This document shows, one piece after another, positions 58,974 to 64,000 of a stretch of 64,000 bases of DNA. The translations under genes and the position numbers were made by a program. This stretch comes from Candidatus Thalassarchaeaceae archaeon (lineage in GTDB: Archaea > Thermoplasmatota > Poseidoniia > Poseidoniales > Thalassarchaeaceae), in NCBI GenBank assembly GCA_943841885.1, contig CALSZZ010000004.1, positions 67,973-131,972 on the forward strand. Direction: 5' to 3'. Every line of letters starts with the position of its first letter. Position 1 is the stretch's first letter. Below the pieces are notes generated by a model. It was not told where the DNA came from. It worked only from the letters and a program-made list of their open reading frames with translations, and made no database searches.

Positions 58974-60428
58974 CTAGTTTTCTAAGAGTATTTCTTCTAA
59001 TATCATCATTAAATGGCTTAATTGAATCGCAGTCAATAATTCTGTGTTCATAACTTTTGATTTGTCTGTCAATCTAATTCCCTGTTTCTGTAATTGGCTT
59101 AATGATTTATTAATGGCAGAGTACTGACTGGAGTCTATCAATAAATCATTTGCTAAAGATGTTAAGATTGTTGAGATTTGACCCACTGATTTTCCATCAG
59201 AGTTATGAATATTGTTTACTTCATCTAAATATTTTATTTCTTCAGAATTTATCAAAGAAGAATTAGAGAATTTTTCTTTTATTGCCCATGAAGCAGCATT
59301 TGAACCTGCTATTTGACCAGAAAAGAGGTCGTACAATAGCATATTACCAGGTAATAGTCCATCACCATGCATTCCATTATTCGAAGATTGACCAGCGGCG
59401 AATAATCCTGTAAACCACATTTTTCCTTTATCTAATGTGACGCGTCCTTCGGTATCAATAGGAATTCCGCCTGTTGTTACTACACTAAAAGAAACAGGTA
59501 TAACATCAATATTTATATCTAGATTTGTTCTATTTTTTATATTTGAAATTATATTATCAAACCATATTTTGTTATTTTGATTCATTTTTCTTAAATCTAA
59601 TACACAATTTTCTTCTAAAACATCATTTGGCTGTGCATCATCTCCATTTGGTTTTCTAAGTTGGCCGCCGGCATCTAAAATTTCTATTGGAATATGTAAA
59701 TTAGTATCCTTGACCATTAAGGGATGTATCGGGAAATTATTCATACCTTTGAGTTTAATATCAGATTTTATTGCTAAGGCCAAACCTGTCCCAGATCCTT
59801 CCATGGGAGATTTCCATAGTCCCTCGTATCCTTCTGTTGCAAGTATTATTGATTTAGCCTGTATTGATTTAATTTCTCCTGAAATAATATCTAAATAAAT
59901 AAGTCCTCTTATCTGCTTATTATCTGAAATAAGAGATGTGACTTGGCAATCATATCTTCTAGTTACTTTTCTCTTTATTATCTGTTCTTCTAAAACTCTA
60001 GTAATTTCTCTGACGGACGCATCTCCACATCCTGTTAATCTTGCTTTACTATGGCCAGGAGAATTCGAACGGTGGGGTAATCCTTCCTCATCTCTTCTAA
60101 AAACTAAGCCCCATCTTTCTAATTCAGAAACTATTGAAACCGCTTCACCACAAGCTCTTGCAGCAGAAATATTATCTGTATTTTCACCACCACTCAATAT
60201 AGTATCATCTCGATGTGCTGAAGAATCAATTTCGCCCACACTTGCAGCAATACCTGAAATTGATGGTTTTCCTTGTTTTGATCCTATTCCACCACTGTCA
60301 ATCAGGAGTGTGTTTGAGCCTCCATCTGCAGATGCTATGGCTGCACGAAGTGCGGCTGGATTACCGCCGATAACTACCACATCCCAGGACTCCATATGGT
60401 CTCGCAGTAACAATAATGTCATGAACAT
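58974..60428 (-). CDS. FAD flavoprotein of the succinate dehydrogenase / fumarate reductase / L-aspartate oxidase family, with divergent active-site motifs
   Basis: DVVVIGGNPAALRAAIA (FAD), DSSAHRDDTILSGG, GHSKARL and GLFAAGQ...HG are conserved. Several substrate-site motifs are altered (see findings). The size fits NadB better than SdhA. The likely start is MESWDVV. Confidence 0.6.
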   Translation of the reverse strand: MFMTLLLLRDHMESWDVVVIGGNPAALRAAIASADGGSNTLLIDSGGIGSKQGKPSISGIAASVGEIDSSAHRDDTILSGGENTDNISAARACGEAVSIVSELERWGLVFRRDEEGLPHRSNSPGHSKARLTGCGDASVREITRVLEEQIIKRKVTRRYDCQVTSLISDNKQIRGLIYLDIISGEIKSIQAKSIILATEGYEGLWKSPMEGSGTGLALAIKSDIKLKGMNNFPIHPLMVKDTNLHIPIEILDAGGQLRKPNGDDAQPNDVLEENCVLDLRKMNQNNKIWFDNIISNIKNRTNLDINIDVIPVSFSVVTTGGIPIDTEGRVTLDKGKMWFTGLFAAGQSSNNGMHGDGLLPGNMLLYDLFSGQIAGSNAASWAIKEKFSNSSLINSEEIKYLDEVNNIHNSDGKSVGQISTILTSLANDLLIDSSQYSAINKSLSQLQKQGIRLTDKSKVMNTELLTAIQLSHLMMILEEILLEN

Positions 60429-60457
60429 GACGCATGAAGTATCTTAATTGAGGGTGA

Positions 60458-61924
60458 CTATTCAGCAAAACTAAGTGCTAATTCTCTGACCGAAGATGCT
60501 GCATCAATCATTTTATTTCCAGCACTTTCAGCATGAGCTCCTGCAGAAATCGCAGTATTTACTACTGTGCTGATCAAAGTTTCACCGTTTTCTAAATTTA
60601 AATTTATTTGAACGGGTCGACTTCCTGATACTGTATTTGGCCATGCTAAACCAACCCAAAGTGTAACACAATTATCTAATTTTTCAGTAAGTGCATTAAC
60701 AAGATCTTCGTCATCCTTATTTAGATCTATAGAAGACTTTAATCTCTTGGAAGTAGGTGATTGTAATCTTATTACTTGTGATGTTGGTGCGCCCTCTGCA
60801 GATATAATTTCAATTTCTATTATTCTCTCTTCTCCTGAAAAATTATGTACCATAGCTATTAAATCGGTCTGTCCTTCTGAGGCTAATGGAGGTATTTCTA
60901 AATCCATCCTCCATTCATCTTCTATTATAGAAGAGTGTCCTCTCTGCACATCACCTACCAATCTATCTATTACTCTGAAAAAAGAAGGTTGCCAACTTTT
61001 TGTGTGTTGAAGAAGAATTTTTAAAGATTTTAAATTAAATTTTGAATCTGATTTCAAATCATCTACTGCTGAAACTTTGAATACTCTTTTTATTTCAGAA
61101 AACATTCTGTTTTCATCTAGTAAATTTAGTGAGTTTAGATGTAATGTTCTAAGTAAATATTCAACTGCTTCTTCCGAATTTATGTGCCTTCTGACTTTAT
61201 TTTTTAAAGAGGCAACCCACTCTTCGAAATAAGATGCGGTTTCAGGATCTAAATGTGCTATCAATATTTCAGTAATAACTTTTTCAAGTGCGCTATGATG
61301 TAATGTAGGCGCATGTAAGGATAATAATGGGAACTGGTTATCCCTCATAGGAACTTGTGTCGAGTCGAGAGAAATGGATAATAAAAAACAAAATAAACCC
61401 AAAACGATTGCAGAAGTATTTAGTATTGAGCCTAAGATTATATCTGTTTGGAATTCAGAAATGAAATAAAGTAAAATGGCACTGAATAAGGGAGTTAATA
61501 TCCTAGTTGTTTCTAAAACTCTTCTTTCCCGCAAAGTATTCAATATACGTTCTGTTCCTGGTATGGAATTCATTGATTTTTTCCCATCTGCGGTCTTTAA
61601 TTGTAGTCTATCTCTAGCAGACATTTGTGCAAATATTATTGCTAAAAAGCTAGGAATAAATAATATAAAAATTAAGATAAAAAGAAATATACTAATATTA
61701 ACATTTGTCCCTGAAACGTCAAAATAATTTAAAGTTGCATAAATAGGAGCTATGAATGTTAGAGAAACTCGTATTTGTTGCAAAATTCGATAAGATGCAA
61801 TTCTCGTCCATAATTTTCTTCCAGTATCTCTTGCCTTGACTCTTCGGTATAATGAGTTTTGATTACCTGCACCATAAATACTACCATCACCATAGGGAGT
61901 CGGTAGTTCGGACTCTTTACTCAC
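60458..61924 (-). CDS. hypothetical membrane protein (N-terminal ~4 TM helices, ~280-aa soluble C-terminal region)
   Basis: 488-aa ORF. Helices include ISIFLFILIFILFIPSFLAIIFA and AIVLGLFCFLLSISL. I recognise no family motif. Confidence 0.5.
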   Translation of the reverse strand: MSKESELPTPYGDGSIYGAGNQNSLYRRVKARDTGRKLWTRIASYRILQQIRVSLTFIAPIYATLNYFDVSGTNVNISIFLFILIFILFIPSFLAIIFAQMSARDRLQLKTADGKKSMNSIPGTERILNTLRERRVLETTRILTPLFSAILLYFISEFQTDIILGSILNTSAIVLGLFCFLLSISLDSTQVPMRDNQFPLLSLHAPTLHHSALEKVITEILIAHLDPETASYFEEWVASLKNKVRRHINSEEAVEYLLRTLHLNSLNLLDENRMFSEIKRVFKVSAVDDLKSDSKFNLKSLKILLQHTKSWQPSFFRVIDRLVGDVQRGHSSIIEDEWRMDLEIPPLASEGQTDLIAMVHNFSGEERIIEIEIISAEGAPTSQVIRLQSPTSKRLKSSIDLNKDDEDLVNALTEKLDNCVTLWVGLAWPNTVSGSRPVQINLNLENGETLISTVVNTAISAGAHAESAGNKMIDAASSVRELALSFAE

Positions 61925-62026
61925 ATCTGTTCGAAGAGTATTACAAAGTTTATGCTATCGGCTTATTTATTTAAAAAAGGATATATTTAACGATACATTT
62001 CTTGAGAAGGGGGGCTTGGGAAGAAT

Positions 62027-62104
62027 GGGCGTGTAGCATAGCTTGGATAATGCACTGGCCTCCTAAGCCAGGGACCGCGGGTTCGAATCCTGCCGCGCCC
62101 GCCA
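62027..62104 (+). tRNA. tRNA-Arg (anticodon CCT) with genomically encoded CCA
   Basis: Folded by hand. Acceptor GGGCGTG/CGCGCCC, D stem GCAT/ATGC, anticodon stem CTGGC/GCCAG with loop CT-CCT-AA, variable GGACC, T arm GCGGG-TTCGAAT-CCTGC, discriminator G, then CCA. Confidence 0.85.
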
Positions 62105-62109
62105 TTTTT
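62105..62109 (+). terminator. oligo-T tract immediately 3' of tRNA-Arg
   Basis: TTTTT follows the CCA directly. Archaeal RNA polymerase terminates at oligo-T. The tract overlaps the stop codon of convergent uvrA. Confidence 0.35.
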
Positions 62110-64000
62110 AAACTAAATTTTTTAGATGCTTGCCAGTAAAACTATCACTATTTTTGGAGATATCTTGAGGAGTTCCTTCTGCTACAATACAACCTCCTCT
62201 TTCACCTCCTTCCGGCCCTAAATCTATTACCCAATCTGCACATTTTACGACATCTAAGTGGTGTTCTATCACGATAACGGTGTGTCCGTTTCTTCGTAAT
62301 CTTAGTAATACATCAGTCAATTGATGTACATCAGATAATGATAATCCTGTTGTTGGTTCGTCCAGTATGTATAATGTATGCTTCCTAGGAACTTTATGTA
62401 ATTCTGTTGCTAATTTTACTCTTTGTGCTTCACCACCAGATAATGTAGTAGCAGGTTGGCCAAGTCGTATATATCCCAAGCCTACATCTTGTAAAGTAGA
62501 TAAAATTCTGTATATAGATTTTTGATTTTTAAAGAAATTACATGCTTCTTCAACATTCATTTCTAAAACATCATGTATTGTTTTTCCTTTCCATAAAGCC
62601 TCCAAAGTTTCTCGTGTGTATCTTTTACCCTTACAAATATCACATGTAACCCAGACATCTGGTAGGAAGTTCATTTCCAACTTAGATGAGCCTGCGCCCT
62701 TGCATGATTCGCATCTCCCTCCTTTGACATTGAAAGAAAATTGACCTGGGCCGTAGCCTCTTTCCTTTGAGATATTGGTTTTTGAAAATAATTCTCTAAT
62801 TGGAGTAAATAGTCCTGTGTATGTTGCAGGATTTGATCTAGGCGTCCGGCCGATAGGAGATTGATTGATTACAATTGCTTTATCTACATTTTCTAGACCT
62901 TCGATACTATCGTGAGTCCCTGGAGTATTGTCTGAACCGTGCAATTGTCTGAGGAGTGCTGGTGCTAAAGTAGATGTAACTAAAGATGATTTTCCAGAGC
63001 CTGAGACGCCAGTAAATACAACCAAGCATCCTAATGGAATATCGACATCGATATTCTGTAAATTATTTTGTTTTGCACCTTTGATATGAATCCAGTAGTT
63101 TTTTTTAGGTTTGTGTCTATCGTTCGGTAATGGAATGATTGATCTACCTGACAAGTAAGCACTGGTAATACTTTCTTTATTTTTTAATAATTCATTAATG
63201 GTGCCACTGACTAATATTTGTCCTCCTTCTTTACCTGCTCCAGGGCCAATATCAACTACCCAATCTGCCTGCCTCATTGTGGCTTCATCATGCTCAACTA
63301 CAAGTAGAGTATTACCTAAATCTGTTAATTCTCGTAATGTTTCTAATAATCGACCATTGTCTCTTGGGTGCAGCCCTATACTGGGCTCATCCAATACATA
63401 CATTACACCGGTTAGTCTTGTACCAATCTGAGTAGCTAACCTAATTCTTTGGGATTCTCCTCCTGAAAGTGTGTTAGCACGACGATCCAATGTCAGATAA
63501 TCTAGACCGACTAATGCCAAAAATCTTAATCTTGATTCTATCTCTTTGATAATATCGTTACCAATATAAATTGATTTTTCGTCTAAATTATTTGATTTTT
63601 GAACTGTATTTGAATTCGGTTTTTCCCTTCCTAATTTTACCCATGTGTCTTCCTTATTTTCTGAACGCCATTTTTGCACTACTGCTAGAGCTTCAAGAAC
63701 GCTACAAGCAGATATTTCTGGCAAAGAAATGCCTCCTACAATAACTCCACTTACGGCTGAATTCAATTTCTGTCCATTACAATCTAAACAGGGTTCATCA
63801 GTCATGTAAGAGGTAAGTCGTGACCTAGTACGATCCGAGCTTGTGTCTGTATATGTTCTGTTTAGTCTAGAATAAACTCCTTCCCAGGGTTTAGACATTT
63901 TGTAAAAAGAACCGCCATCAGAAGTAAATTCAAATTTTATTGATGTACTACCTGAACCATTCATCAGAATATCCTGGAAGTCCTCATTTAAATCTCTAAA
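62108..64000 (-). CDS. uvrA: excinuclease ABC subunit A (UvrA), N-terminal part beyond the window
   Basis: LSGGESQRIRLATQIG, YVLDEPSIGLH, GVSGSGKSSL, the zinc module CESCKGAG...CDICKGKRY and LSGGEAQRVKLATEL are present. The frame stays open upstream of the track's Met (63964) to base 64000 (FRDLNEDFQDIL-MNGSG). Confidence 0.9.
   Translation of the reverse strand, partial: FRDLNEDFQDILMNGSGSTSIKFEFTSDGGSFYKMSKPWEGVYSRLNRTYTDTSSDRTRSRLTSYMTDEPCLDCNGQKLNSAVSGVIVGGISLPEISACSVLEALAVVQKWRSENKEDTWVKLGREKPNSNTVQKSNNLDEKSIYIGNDIIKEIESRLRFLALVGLDYLTLDRRANTLSGGESQRIRLATQIGTRLTGVMYVLDEPSIGLHPRDNGRLLETLRELTDLGNTLLVVEHDEATMRQADWVVDIGPGAGKEGGQILVSGTINELLKNKESITSAYLSGRSIIPLPNDRHKPKKNYWIHIKGAKQNNLQNIDVDIPLGCLVVFTGVSGSGKSSLVTSTLAPALLRQLHGSDNTPGTHDSIEGLENVDKAIVINQSPIGRTPRSNPATYTGLFTPIRELFSKTNISKERGYGPGQFSFNVKGGRCESCKGAGSSKLEMNFLPDVWVTCDICKGKRYTRETLEALWKGKTIHDVLEMNVEEACNFFKNQKSIYRILSTLQDVGLGYIRLGQPATTLSGGEAQRVKLATELHKVPRKHTLYILDEPTTGLSLSDVHQLTDVLLRLRRNGHTVIVIEHHLDVVKCADWVIDLGPEGGERGGCIVAEGTPQDISKNSDSFTGKHLKNLV

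Noticed and set aside
59938-60447. 169-aa plus-strand ORF antisense to the flavoprotein gene
   Set aside because: It is a shadow ORF. The minus frame has the FAD-binding motifs.
61925-62110. tRNA-Arg as an integration site for a mobile element
   Set aside because: No integrase, no duplicated tRNA 3' fragment and no compositional break sit next to the tRNA. The flanking genes are uvrA and a chromosomal operon.
1-64000. CRISPR arrays, IS elements, prophage, rRNA operons
   Set aside because: The gaps between accepted ORFs total only ~1.7 kb, and the largest is 167 nt. I noticed no direct-repeat arrays and no transposase, integrase or capsid-like proteins.

Overview
This is a compact, AT-rich archaeal chromosomal segment. 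The gaps between the ORFs I accept total about 1.7 kb of 64 kb, and the largest is 167 nt. I see no CRISPR array, IS element, integrase or rRNA. Archaeal markers are TFB, topoisomerase VI B and A, primase PriL, KEOPS Pcc1, MptE, archaeal phosphopantothenate synthetase and DUF373. They sit next to many bacterial-type genes: a tightly packed 7-gene beta-oxidation operon with an acyl-CoA-binding protein, an MMPL transporter, an ABC-F ATPase, RlmH, UvrA and a PlsC-like acyltransferase. I associate this mix with Marine Group II Euryarchaeota (Poseidoniales), but that is inference and no search was run. Other content is central metabolism (icd, a permuted aconitase-family protein, B12-dependent RNR, PduO-type adenosyltransferase, NadC) and one tRNA-Arg(CCT). 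Two giant surface proteins (1670 and 1723 aa) have unusual architectures. Candidates for undescribed biology, in order of my interest:
1. An 1131-aa helical protein with a C-terminal PIN domain, in a low-GC stretch.
2. A very low-GC island with three sulfotransferases, next to a TFB-coupled unknown gene.
3. A five-gene minus-strand array: membrane protein, degenerate SdhA/NadB-like flavoprotein, HIT, PlsC-like acyltransferase, YbjN-like protein.
4. The two giant-protein loci.
5. A GC-rich stem-loop in the top6B leader.
All functional calls rest on motif recognition by eye.
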